The notes under the pieces are model-generated. The model saw only the letters and a program-made list of their open reading frames with translations. It searched no databases and had not been told where the DNA came from. Below, in pieces: positions 1-9,378 of a DNA stretch of 64,000 bases. The stretch spans positions 54,258 to 118,257 of the forward strand of contig CAMYUL010000001.1 in NCBI GenBank assembly GCA_947302125.1, given 5' to 3'. The position numbers and the translations under genes were made by a program. Numbering within the stretch: position 1 is the first letter of the stretch; every line of letters starts with the position of its first letter. The DNA is from an uncultured Candidatus Saccharibacteria bacterium. GTDB lineage: Bacteria; Patescibacteriota; Saccharimonadia; Saccharimonadales; Saccharimonadaceae.

Positions 1-701
1 TTCTTAGACTTGTCGGAAGGCTGCTGCTGCTTGGCAGTGAAATATTGCATAAAAGCAGCGCCAATAGCAAAGATTAACATCGTAATGCTGCTAATAGAGA
101 TCTTGCCGGCGAGGACATCGGAAGGATGCACGCCGAGGTCAACAAGCCAGAAGAGCTTTGGCTCGAAGCCGTAGACTGGGGCGTTAACTTCTTCGCCGTT
201 ATCCTTTGCTGCCTTAGCGGCGTCGACATCAGCAAAGTATTTATCTTGTATATCGATAATTTCTTGGACGCGGCCAAGAGAGCGGACTGGGGCGTAAGCA
301 CAGTTGGCGACATTGGTATAGCCACAAGTCTCACCTGATGGGCGAGGGTTAGCGACAGCGGAGATTGACATGAAGAGCGCTAGGAAAATCGGCAACTGGA
401 TAAAGGTAGTAGTAACGGAGCGGAATGGCTTGATGTTATTGCGTTTGTAAAGATCCATCATCTGGAGAGATTCCATTTGACGGTTACCGTTACAGTTTTT
501 CTTAATCTTGGCAAGTTCTGGCTGGATCTTGCGCATTAAACGAGTCTGATGTAGCTGCTTCTTAACTAGCGGCCACATTAAGAACTTAACTAGTACGGTA
601 AAGATGATAATAGCAAGGCCAAAATCGCCTACAAAATTAAAGATGACGAGAAGTAGGTTGACAATTGGTCGGACAATAATTGTATCAATTAGCCAAAACA
701 T
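1..701 (-). CDS. yidC: Membrane protein insertase YidC (3' end outside window)
   Basis: Not in ORF track. Manual translation from ATG at 701: MFWLIDTIIVRPIVNLLLVIFNFVGDFGLAIIIFTVLVKFLMWPL...MRKIQPELAKIKK...IQLPIF (YidC/Oxa1 motifs). Lies downstream of rnpA. Confidence 0.93.
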   Translation of the reverse strand, partial: MFWLIDTIIVRPIVNLLLVIFNFVGDFGLAIIIFTVLVKFLMWPLVKKQLHQTRLMRKIQPELAKIKKNCNGNRQMESLQMMDLYKRNNIKPFRSVTTTFIQLPIFLALFMSISAVANPRPSGETCGYTNVANCAYAPVRSLGRVQEIIDIQDKYFADVDAAKAAKDNGEEVNAPVYGFEPKLFWLVDLGVHPSDVLAGKISISSITMLIFAIGAAFMQYFTAKQQQPSDKSK

Positions 702-711
702 AATAAGAGTA

Positions 712-1050
712 TTATACCATACTCTGTTCTAAAAGTGAATGTATCTGCTCTCTGAGCTCGGAGAAGTCCATAGTGGCAATATCTTTGTTATAAACGATGA
801 AGATATGGTCACGTTTTAAGTCATAATTTGGTAATTCTAACCTGAGCGCTTCGTAGACTCTTCTTCTAATGCGGTTGCGCGCAACGGCGGTCTTTTCAAC
901 CTTCTTAGAGACGACTACTGCAAAACGTTGGAAGCCACGGCTGTTGTCGTTATAGATTAAGGAAAACTTAGGCGTCCTAATAGTCTTACCGTGAGCATAA
1001 GTGTAGCGGACTCCTCCTCGGGAATGAAAACGGAATTTTTTCTGTAGCAT
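712..1050 (-). CDS. rnpA: Ribonuclease P protein component
   Basis: RFAVVVSKKVEKTAVARNRIRRR (RNR motif); origin-region context. Confidence 0.95.
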   Translation of the reverse strand: MLQKKFRFHSRGGVRYTYAHGKTIRTPKFSLIYNDNSRGFQRFAVVVSKKVEKTAVARNRIRRRVYEALRLELPNYDLKRDHIFIVYNKDIATMDFSELREQIHSLLEQSMV

Positions 1051-1064
1051 ATATATATTATATG

Positions 1065-2765
1065 TTATTTTTGAAGAGTTTGGTAGAATTTATTGTGCAA
1101 TAGATTACTGTGCGTGCCGCGACCAACCAACTTGCCATTATCAATGACTAGAAGCTCATCCATTTGTCTCATAAGCTCTGGCTTATGCGTGATTACTAGA
1201 ACAGTGTGATCCTTCTTTAGTTCCTTCAAGACCTTGGTGATTTGCTTCGTAGTATCAGCATCTAGAGCAGAGGTAACCTCATCAAACAATAATACTTCAG
1301 ACTTCGATAATAGGGTCCTGGCAAGAGAGAGCAACTGCTTTTGCCCGCCAGAAAGGTTTGAAGCATCGGCAATGAGCGGAGTATCGTATCCTTTGTCCAA
1401 TTTCATGATGGCGTCATGAACGCCGGCGATTTTACAGGCCTCAATTTGATGCTCAACGTCTGGATCTACGAGGCTAAGATTTTCCTTAATGGTCATATCG
1501 AAAACAAATGGCTTCTGCGTGACGATACTAACGTTGCTGGCGTAGATCTTTCTAGAGTAGTTCTCGATATTTTCTCCATCAATCGTAATATTTCCCCGGG
1601 TCGGCTTATATAATCGCAGTAGTAGCCTGAAAATGGTGGATTTCCCCGAGCCAGATTTGCCGACGATGCCAGTAAGTGAGTGCGGCTCAATCACAAAGCT
1701 CACGTCGCGCATTTGTGTCTTTTTCTCATACTTGAAATAAACGTGACTAAATTGTACTCTTCCCTTAATGTCGTCCGTGTCGTTATTGCCAAATGATAGC
1801 TTGTGCGCTGGCCTGTAGCCTAACAAGCGGTGCATTCTATTAATCGCAACCGCAGATTTGGAAAGTTCAAGAATATGCGCCGCAGCTTCCTCATAACACT
1901 CTTGCATGTTTTCAAAATAGCCGATGACAAGCACTAGCATAGCTACACTATATTGGCCGTTAATAATCAATGGAATAGCAATGAGGTAAGCTGCGATTCG
2001 GCCGAGCCCGAGGATAAATGGGACGAGGGACTCTGCAAGATCCGAGTGCAAACGCTTTTTATAGAAGAACTTTCGCCAATTAGTTTTATCCTTTTCCAAG
2101 ACTTTTTCCAGGTCCGACTTAAGGTTGAAGCTATGAACCTCCTTGTGGCCATCGATAAGTTGGCTATATAGCCCAGAAATATCATCCTGATATGCTCGCT
2201 GAGTCAAAGTGTAGTCGTCACGCTTCTTCATGTGGTAGACGAATATCGCGATACAGGCGATGGTTAATGCTAAGGCGATGCTTCCAATTAACACGTCGAC
2301 AAAGATCAGGATGATAGCATCAATAACTATCGTAACAACACTAATAGTAAAATCGAAGAGATAGTCTGGGACGCGCTGATTTCGGACGACATCCTCAAAG
2401 GCAGTGTTAATAATTTCTGCGTGAGAAATATTTTTAGTGAAATCTTGATCAAATGTGACTACCTTGTCAAGAATTCTACGTTGCAACTCATTATGAATAT
2501 AAAGGGCGTTCTTAGCATACGCGCTAAATGCTAGGTGCCTACAAGTGACATGTAGTAAGGCACTGGCAAGAAAGACTGCGGTGTTGAATATCGCTAGCTT
2601 AAAGTTTCCGTCGGTCGCAGCTTCGACGACGAGTGAAGCAGTGAATGGGATGAGGAGCTTAGAGCTGGTGCTAAGTAGAGACGCAAAGAATAAATACGCC
2701 ATCAGCCTCTTGTCGTAGGCTTTTAGTGAGAAAAACTTTTTAAAAAGTTGATAATAATACCGCAT
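1065..2765 (-). CDS. ABC exporter, fused TMD-NBD subunit
   Basis: N-terminal TM helices; Walker A GKSGSGKS, signature LSGGQKQ, Walker B LLFDE. Confidence 0.9.
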   Translation of the reverse strand: MRYYYQLFKKFFSLKAYDKRLMAYLFFASLLSTSSKLLIPFTASLVVEAATDGNFKLAIFNTAVFLASALLHVTCRHLAFSAYAKNALYIHNELQRRILDKVVTFDQDFTKNISHAEIINTAFEDVVRNQRVPDYLFDFTISVVTIVIDAIILIFVDVLIGSIALALTIACIAIFVYHMKKRDDYTLTQRAYQDDISGLYSQLIDGHKEVHSFNLKSDLEKVLEKDKTNWRKFFYKKRLHSDLAESLVPFILGLGRIAAYLIAIPLIINGQYSVAMLVLVIGYFENMQECYEEAAAHILELSKSAVAINRMHRLLGYRPAHKLSFGNNDTDDIKGRVQFSHVYFKYEKKTQMRDVSFVIEPHSLTGIVGKSGSGKSTIFRLLLRLYKPTRGNITIDGENIENYSRKIYASNVSIVTQKPFVFDMTIKENLSLVDPDVEHQIEACKIAGVHDAIMKLDKGYDTPLIADASNLSGGQKQLLSLARTLLSKSEVLLFDEVTSALDADTTKQITKVLKELKKDHTVLVITHKPELMRQMDELLVIDNGKLVGRGTHSNLLHNKFYQTLQK

Positions 2766-2766
2766 A

Positions 2767-4497
2767 TTAGATTCCTCCCGTTTCTGACTTTAGCGCCTGT
2801 AGCGATCGGTAAAGTGGACTTCTTTCTAGAAGTTTTTCGTGGGTTCCAATATCAGAAATCCTACCGTGATCTAAAACAATAATCCGATCTGCAAGCTTCA
2901 TAAGTTCCGGTTTCTTAGTAATCATAACAATTGTGCGCTTGTCTCGAATTTTACTAATTAGATTAGGGACTAACTCTGCAGTATCTGGATCAAGAGAAGT
3001 TGTAACATCGTCTAACAACAAAACTTCGGCATCGGTCAAAAGCGTTCTAGCAATAGAGATCATCTGGCGTTGCCCGCCAGAAATATTATTGGCGTTTTCA
3101 CGAAGGACGGTATTGTATCCTAGTGGCAACGTCTCAATGAAGTCATGGATGCCCGCGATCTTGCAGGCCTTAATCTGATGCTCGATATTTGTATCTACGA
3201 GATTTAGGTTTTTTCTGATGCTCGTGTTAAAAATAAAGGGCATCTGATTAGCAACGGCAACATTAGATGTATATACTTCCCTGGTGAATTCATAAATATT
3301 AATATCATCCAAAAAAACCGTACCGTGAGTTGGCTTATTAATCCTTAGGATTAGGTCGAAGAGCTTAGTCTTGCCGGAGCCAGGATATCCGACAATTGCG
3401 ACAAATTCGTGTGGCTTAATTCTGAAATTAAGATTCTTGAGGATCTTACGCTTATTGAGTGTAAGGGAAACATTTTTGAATCTGATCGATCCATTGATGT
3501 GATCTAGGTTAAGGTCGCCATATTCGATAGCTTTTGACGGGTGATAATTAAGAATACTCGTAACGCGGCGGATAGCAGCGTGAGTAAGTCGAATATCCAC
3601 CGTCGCATCAGTGAAGTCTCGGACGTAATCTATGACCTGTTCGTGGTATGAGTACAATAAGACTAAAATATCCACCTCAATAGAGCCGCGTGACATAAGA
3701 TAAATACACATAATAAGAATTAGCGCTCTAAATATGTAGTATGTAGCCTTCACGTCATTGTCACGTCTAGTGAAATGCTTTCTTTGGATAACGTAGAATT
3801 TATTATAACTTGTTTGGATCCTACTTAAATGCTGACGTAATCTGGTTAGCATATCAAAAGTCTTAACTTCTTGGAGACCGGTGACTACTTGTCCTAAGAA
3901 GTTACTATACTCATCATTTTTGATCTGAGTTTTCCACCAGTAGTGATTATATATCCTGTCATGCTTAGTCCTCATGCGGACCATCACAATACAGGAGATG
4001 ATCATAAGGATAGCTACAATAATGCTGTATCTCGCCGAAATAATAAGTACCCCGATGATCTGGAAGAATGTCGTGAAATATTCAGAAATCTCATCATTCA
4101 TTTCCCCAATCTCAAGAAGGTCAGAATTAATAGTGTTCATTAATTGACCTTTACTAATAGTTCTAGTGAAATCACCATCGATAGATGTGAGCTTATTGAA
4201 GACCTTAGTCTGTAGGTTTTGATAACAGTAGCTAATATTCCAGCTGTATGCGCGATAATTTAAGAAGTACATTGCGCGATAGAAGAAGTAAACCGCAAAA
4301 TATAGACCAGTGTACAAGTAAGCTTGTTCCGCGTTCTGATCGGTGAGCGCCTTAATGATCATCGCCGCAGCAAACGGACGCATGATTGCGGCGAGCTTAT
4401 AAAGGACGGCCGTCACTAGGCTAACAGCAAAAAGGGCCTTATTAAGACCGGCAATCTTAAGATAGGCTTTGATATACCTGTGCTGCTCTCTAAACAT
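2767..4497 (-). CDS. ABC exporter, fused TMD-NBD subunit (degenerate-site partner of a heterodimer)
   Basis: GYPGSGKT, ISGGQRQ, Walker B LLLDD (E->D), switch His replaced (ITKK); 1 nt from the partner gene. Confidence 0.9.
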   Translation of the reverse strand: MFREQHRYIKAYLKIAGLNKALFAVSLVTAVLYKLAAIMRPFAAAMIIKALTDQNAEQAYLYTGLYFAVYFFYRAMYFLNYRAYSWNISYCYQNLQTKVFNKLTSIDGDFTRTISKGQLMNTINSDLLEIGEMNDEISEYFTTFFQIIGVLIISARYSIIVAILMIISCIVMVRMRTKHDRIYNHYWWKTQIKNDEYSNFLGQVVTGLQEVKTFDMLTRLRQHLSRIQTSYNKFYVIQRKHFTRRDNDVKATYYIFRALILIMCIYLMSRGSIEVDILVLLYSYHEQVIDYVRDFTDATVDIRLTHAAIRRVTSILNYHPSKAIEYGDLNLDHINGSIRFKNVSLTLNKRKILKNLNFRIKPHEFVAIVGYPGSGKTKLFDLILRINKPTHGTVFLDDINIYEFTREVYTSNVAVANQMPFIFNTSIRKNLNLVDTNIEHQIKACKIAGIHDFIETLPLGYNTVLRENANNISGGQRQMISIARTLLTDAEVLLLDDVTTSLDPDTAELVPNLISKIRDKRTIVMITKKPELMKLADRIIVLDHGRISDIGTHEKLLERSPLYRSLQALKSETGGI

Positions 4498-4514
4498 TAG
4501 CTTTATTGTAGCAC

Positions 4515-4540
4515 AAAAAAGCCCCTTTTTACAGGGGCTT
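4515..4540 (-). terminator. Intrinsic terminator of rpmH
   Basis: AAGCCCCT..AGGGGCTT stem followed by a U-tract on the minus strand. Confidence 0.75.
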
Positions 4541-4545
4541 AATAT

Positions 4546-4683
4546 TTATGCTGTAAGGCGAGCGCGGCCCTTAATGCGGCGGCGCTTCAAAACTTTGCGG
4601 CCATTCTTAGTGGCGTTTCTTTTCATGAAGCCATGCTCAACTTTGCGTTGGCGCTTGTGTGGCTGGTACGTACGTTTTGGCAT
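4546..4683 (-). CDS. rpmH: 50S ribosomal protein L34
   Basis: Below ORF-track cutoff. Manual translation [45 protein letters not shown]; divergent from dnaA. Confidence 0.97.
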   Translation of the reverse strand: MPKRTYQPHKRQRKVEHGFMKRNATKNGRKVLKRRRIKGRARLTA

Positions 4684-4756
4684 AATGATTTCCTATTAGT
4701 TTTATTATTCTTAAAATCTTATTCTAGTATAGCACTTTTTTACACAAAAGCCAAGG

Positions 4757-4870
4757 AGTTTTCCACATTTTCCCCAGGTTTAGGAGTCGTGTTGTGGAAA
4801 AGTCTTTCCCTGTTATCGCGAATAAATATTATAAAATATTTGTTTTTTGAATTATGTTGTGGAAAAGTCC
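4757..4870. promoter_or_regulatory. DnaA-box cluster upstream of dnaA (oriC part 1 / autoregulation)
   Basis: TTTTCCACA at 4759-4767; TGTGGAAAA at 4793-4801 and 4858-4866; AT-rich spacer. Confidence 0.75.
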
Positions 4871-4925
4871 CACAATTGGTGTATAATGAAATCAGTTATT
4901 AAACTAGGTCGTGAAAGGAGGTTAT

Positions 4926-6284
4926 ATGTTTGATGTGTGGAAAAATATACTTGCCGAAGTTGAGCAAGCTATTCCACATGAAGCGTACACGACCTGGTTT
5001 AAAGATGTTAATCTTTCCAGCATTGAAGACGGTTCCGTAATAATCGAGGTACCAAATGTCTTTAAAGTTAGTCAAATAAAGAAAAAATATGATGGGGTTA
5101 TTAGAAAAGCCTTAGAACATAATAATATAGAATTTAACAATGTAGAATATATTGTCTCATCAAAAAGTAAGGTACGTGTACGCTCTAGAGAGATTTCTAT
5201 ACACGATGTAATGTCGTCTCCAAAAGTCAGAAAGCCAGCCAGCTCTACACAGACTAAGAGTTTTTCTTCCGGCTTGAATCCTAATTACACAATGGATAAT
5301 TTCGTAATTGGGTCAAATAACGATCTAGCTGCATCGGTTGCGCAGAATATTATTAAAGCTCCAGGTAAAAGGCATAATCCATTTTATTTATATGGTGGCC
5401 CTGGCCTTGGTAAAACTCACTTGGTGCAAGCGATTGGTAATGCCTTAATAAAGAATAACCCTGAACTTAAAGTCTCCTATATGCCAACAAATAGTTTTTA
5501 TATTGAGTTCCTGGAGGCATTGAAATCTAAGCAGGGTAATAGTTTTACGAAGAAATATCAGAAGGTTGATGTATTAATTATTGATGATATTCAAATGATC
5601 GTTGGTAAAGAGGCGACTCAACAAGCGTTCTTCGATATTTTTAATGAGCTTTATCAGCATGGTAAGCAAATCATTATTACGTCAGACCGTCTACCAGAAC
5701 AATTAAAAAGTGTTGACGAGAGATTATCCTCCCGTTTAGCTTGTGATGGTGCATATGATATCCAATTACCAAAGTTTGAAGATAAATGTGCAATCTTGCG
5801 CATGAAGGCAGAATTCGATGGGGTGGAAATTGAGGATGAAGCAATTGAATATATTGCAAGTAACGTAAAGACTAATATTCGTGATCTCGAGAGAGAGTAT
5901 AAACGTGTACTAACTTTCGCTGAATTTAAGGGTGTAACTCCTCTTGAAGTAATTAATAATGGATACTCAAACACTATAAACACCAACTCTCATGGAACCG
6001 TCTCTGCGAAGAAGATTTTAGAAACTACTGCTAGTTGTCTTGATTTAACGGTTAAGGAGATGTGTAGTAAGAGTCGTGTATCACATATTAAAACCGCTAG
6101 ACAAATAGCCATGTATCTACTATCAGAAGAATTATCTATGAGCACTACAAAGATCGCATTAGAAGTTGGTGTAAAAGACCATACAACAGTGATGCACGGT
6201 ATTAAGAAAATTAAAGAGGATTTAAAGTTGGATTTTGCAATGCGTGAGCAAATTGCAACTATTCGGGAGAAGATTTATGCTTAA
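4926..6284 (+). CDS. dnaA: Chromosomal replication initiator DnaA
   Basis: NPFYLYGGPGLGKTHL, LIIDDIQ, KDHTTVMHG; AAAGGAGG SD before ATG 4926. Confidence 0.98.
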   Translation: MFDVWKNILAEVEQAIPHEAYTTWFKDVNLSSIEDGSVIIEVPNVFKVSQIKKKYDGVIRKALEHNNIEFNNVEYIVSSKSKVRVRSREISIHDVMSSPKVRKPASSTQTKSFSSGLNPNYTMDNFVIGSNNDLAASVAQNIIKAPGKRHNPFYLYGGPGLGKTHLVQAIGNALIKNNPELKVSYMPTNSFYIEFLEALKSKQGNSFTKKYQKVDVLIIDDIQMIVGKEATQQAFFDIFNELYQHGKQIIITSDRLPEQLKSVDERLSSRLACDGAYDIQLPKFEDKCAILRMKAEFDGVEIEDEAIEYIASNVKTNIRDLEREYKRVLTFAEFKGVTPLEVINNGYSNTINTNSHGTVSAKKILETTASCLDLTVKEMCSKSRVSHIKTARQIAMYLLSEELSMSTTKIALEVGVKDHTTVMHGIKKIKEDLKLDFAMREQIATIREKIYA

Positions 6285-6525
6285 TATGTGGAAAAACCTG
6301 GGTAAAAGTTTGCGAAAAAAATGTGTAAATATACGTAAAGTTGTTTATAATTTTTTAGCTTCTTATGTAGATGTGTGTAAAAATGCCGTTTCCCACAATA
6401 TTTTTCACCAGCTTTTTAACATGATTTCCACAATCACTTTTAAGGATTCTAATCTGTTTAGGAGGGCTTTTTTCACAGTTTCCACATAGCTTATTATTAC
6501 TACTATTATATATTTATTAAATAAA
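6285..6525. other. oriC unwinding region: DnaA boxes, DnaA-trio-like repeats and AT-rich tract
   Basis: Boxes at 6287-6295, 6389-6397, 6424-6432, tandem 6469-6477/6478-6486; then TAT TAT TAC TAC TAT TAT (6492-6509) and an AT-only tract. Confidence 0.8.
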
Positions 6526-6533
6526 GGAGGACC

Positions 6534-7643
6534 ATGGAGATTGAAGTAACACAGGAAAAGTTAGCTAAGGCACTAGCAACAGTTAGTAGGGTTGCAATGG
6601 GAGCTAAGTCTACATTACCAATTCTATCTAATGTGCTTATTAGAGTTGATCATGAAAAAGTCTCTCTTACTACAACCAACTTGGATATGGCTGTGGTTGA
6701 GTATGTTCCAGTAATTAATTCTAAAGATGGTGTAATTACAGCTCCAGCTAGATTATTAGCGGAGTTCATTCAGAATTTACCACGGGGTGAAAAGGTTACC
6801 ATTAAAACTAATGGCGATAAAATCTCTACTAAAGTCGGCGATAAATATGCATCCACAATTAATGGTGCATCGGCTGATGATTTCCCAGAATTGCCAGAAA
6901 TTAATGAAGAAAAAGCGGTGATTTTCAGGATGAATATTGATGAATTTAAAGCTGGACTTTCTCAAGTAATCATTGCGGCTAGTGGTGACACAACTAGACC
7001 ATCACTTACGGGCGTGTATTTTAATACCTATAATTCGGCTCTATATATCGCTGCAACTGATGGATATAGATTAGCGGAAAGAAAGTTTATTAAAAAGGTT
7101 GAGAGTGATATTGCTGCTATTGTACCAACTTCTTCCCTACAAGAAGTGATGAGATCTATTCCTGATGAGGCTGATGAGATTGAAATTTTATTCGATGATA
7201 CACAAGTGAGATTTAGGGCGGCTGAGCTTGAGATCACTTCTAAATTAATTAATGGTACATTCCCAGATTATCGTGAGTTGATTCCAAAAGATAATAATGT
7301 AGAAGCTTGTGTAGATAGAGATGAACTGATTAGGGTGGTAAAGATTGCTGCGTTATTTGCTAGAGAGTCAAATAGGGCAATAGATTGTACTGTAGATAGT
7401 AAGAAAAAGACATTAGAAGTAGCCTCAATTTCAAATGAGGTTGGTGAGAATAAATCAGAGGTAGATGGTCAGGTAAAGGGGGATGGCGATATCAAGTTGG
7501 ACTCCAGGTTCCTAATGGACGCATTGAATGCTTTTGAGGGTAAAGAAGTGAGGTTTAGTTTCTCTACTGGGACTTCTCCATTACTAATTACTAATAAGGA
7601 TGATGATAACTATTATCACTTGATTATGCCACTTAATGGGTAG
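6534..7643 (+). CDS. dnaN: DNA polymerase III beta clamp
   Basis: TLPILSNVLI, ATDGYRL, GTFPDY, LIMPL; follows dnaA. Confidence 0.97.
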   Translation: MEIEVTQEKLAKALATVSRVAMGAKSTLPILSNVLIRVDHEKVSLTTTNLDMAVVEYVPVINSKDGVITAPARLLAEFIQNLPRGEKVTIKTNGDKISTKVGDKYASTINGASADDFPELPEINEEKAVIFRMNIDEFKAGLSQVIIAASGDTTRPSLTGVYFNTYNSALYIAATDGYRLAERKFIKKVESDIAAIVPTSSLQEVMRSIPDEADEIEILFDDTQVRFRAAELEITSKLINGTFPDYRELIPKDNNVEACVDRDELIRVVKIAALFARESNRAIDCTVDSKKKTLEVASISNEVGENKSEVDGQVKGDGDIKLDSRFLMDALNAFEGKEVRFSFSTGTSPLLITNKDDDNYYHLIMPLNG

Positions 7644-8655
7644 TATGACTGATGCTATTATAAAAAAGATAACACTTTATAACTTTCGGATTCATGAGAG
7701 TTATAAACTTGTGATTAATAAAAAAACTACATCTATTCTTGGTGAGAATGGATGTGGTAAGACGTCAGTACTTGAAGCTATATATATAGCGATGAGGGGT
7801 AAGAGCTTTAGGGCGGTAGATAAAGATATCTTAAAAAGGACAACGGATTTTTATAGAATTGAGCTAGAATATTTAAATGGCGAGAAAACTGTAGTTATCT
7901 ATGATAATAAAGACCTAAAGAAGAAATTCTTAGTTCAAGATAGAAAATATTTAAGATTACCTAAAAAATTTAGGTATCCAGTGGTATTATTTTTGCCGGA
8001 AGATCTACATTTAATATCTAGCTCTCCAACTTCAAAGAGAGATTATTTTGATAGGATTTTATCGCAGATTGATGACAATTATAGTAATTCCCTATCTAGA
8101 TATAATAAAGCTTTGAAGCAGCGGAATGAATTATTAAAACAGGATAATATTAGTCGTGAATTATTATTTTCTTGGGATATAATGTTGGCCAACTATGGTG
8201 TTTCTTTGAGAAAGAAGCGTGCGCAGCTGATAGAGATAATAAATAAGAGGCTAACAGATGTGTATCTTTCAATAGCTGATACTAATGATAAGGTGGAGGT
8301 TGTATATAAAAGCAGTTCATCTGAGATTTTAGAAAGTGAGTATGTAAAGTTGCTGAATATGGATTATGAGAGGGACGTAGCGACTAGGCATACTAACTTT
8401 GGAGTACATAAAGATGATTATGAGTTTATATTTAATGGCTCCAATGCGAATGGGAGTGCGTCGAGGGGTGAGACGAGAAGTATTATTATTGCGCTGAAAT
8501 TTATTGAGGCTGAGCTGTTGTATGAAAAAAATAACAAAAAGCCAGTAGTACTACTTGATGATGTGTTCTCTGAGCTTGATAAGACTAGGCAAAAATGCCT
8601 AATGGAAAATTTTAAAGACAACCAAGTGATACTGACAAGTGTTGAAGGTGTTTAG
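7636..8655 (+). CDS. recF: DNA replication/repair protein RecF (alternative start 7645)
   Basis: NFR, GENGCGKTSVLEAI, ASRGE, PVVLLDDVFSELD. Confidence 0.93.
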   Translation: MGSMTDAIIKKITLYNFRIHESYKLVINKKTTSILGENGCGKTSVLEAIYIAMRGKSFRAVDKDILKRTTDFYRIELEYLNGEKTVVIYDNKDLKKKFLVQDRKYLRLPKKFRYPVVLFLPEDLHLISSSPTSKRDYFDRILSQIDDNYSNSLSRYNKALKQRNELLKQDNISRELLFSWDIMLANYGVSLRKKRAQLIEIINKRLTDVYLSIADTNDKVEVVYKSSSSEILESEYVKLLNMDYERDVATRHTNFGVHKDDYEFIFNGSNANGSASRGETRSIIIALKFIEAELLYEKNNKKPVVLLDDVFSELDKTRQKCLMENFKDNQVILTSVEGV

Positions 8656-9368
8656 TTGCAAGATGTTTTGATAGTGAAGATGGATGGGTCTATATCAAAG
8701 GATTTAATCCAATCTTTTGTTTCCTGTATGACTATTTTTTGAGTGGTTGCGTCACATTTATCAAGGAAGATCTTTAAAGATTTATTGTCATTACGGTCAA
8801 TAGTGAAAGTGGTGTTGGCACTTGAGTCTAAACTATACGGTAGTTTGTCTATAATATATAGATATGGGTCATCTACATCGGCGTCGAAGCTAAACTCATC
8901 TTTGCAATGAAAATCTTTATAAATGATATCTTTTTGGCTGACTAAGCAGGAGACCATGACTGATGTGCTGGAGATATTATCTAGAGTGTTATTATCGGAC
9001 CATTCATATTGTGCAAGGTAAGACTGCTTTAAGCTGCTAATATCAATAATAAATTTAGCATAGGTAGATTTTGTTTCTTTATCATAGTCACTAGAAAATG
9101 AGCCATCGCGAATCATGGCGCCAGTTGTTGGGATGTCGCCAGTGGTATTTTCTTGAACGAGTTTATAAAGAGTACTTAGCAAGGTTCTTTTTGTGTCTGA
9201 AGGGATATTCTTGGCATAAGTCGATAAATTATTTATAGCAAATTCTGGCTCGCGGTTTATATTGGATAAAAGAATTACTACACCAATAACACAAACAATA
9301 GAAACGGAAAGAATAATAAGTGGGTATTTTTTTGATTTTATTATTGTGATGATTGATGGTGTTTCCAT
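8652..9368 (-). CDS. Hypothetical single-pass membrane protein; partner of adjacent hydrolase
   Basis: N-terminal TM segment; C-terminus resembles that of 11126..11776; AT-rich. Confidence 0.75.
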   Translation of the reverse strand: METPSIITIIKSKKYPLIILSVSIVCVIGVVILLSNINREPEFAINNLSTYAKNIPSDTKRTLLSTLYKLVQENTTGDIPTTGAMIRDGSFSSDYDKETKSTYAKFIIDISSLKQSYLAQYEWSDNNTLDNISSTSVMVSCLVSQKDIIYKDFHCKDEFSFDADVDDPYLYIIDKLPYSLDSSANTTFTIDRNDNKSLKIFLDKCDATTQKIVIQETKDWIKSFDIDPSIFTIKTSCN

Positions 9369-9378
9369 TTAAATATTC

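Noticed and set aside
4633..4902. ORFs 4633..4902 and 6235..6489
   Set aside because: They overlap rpmH or the DnaA-box regions and look like non-coding origin DNA.
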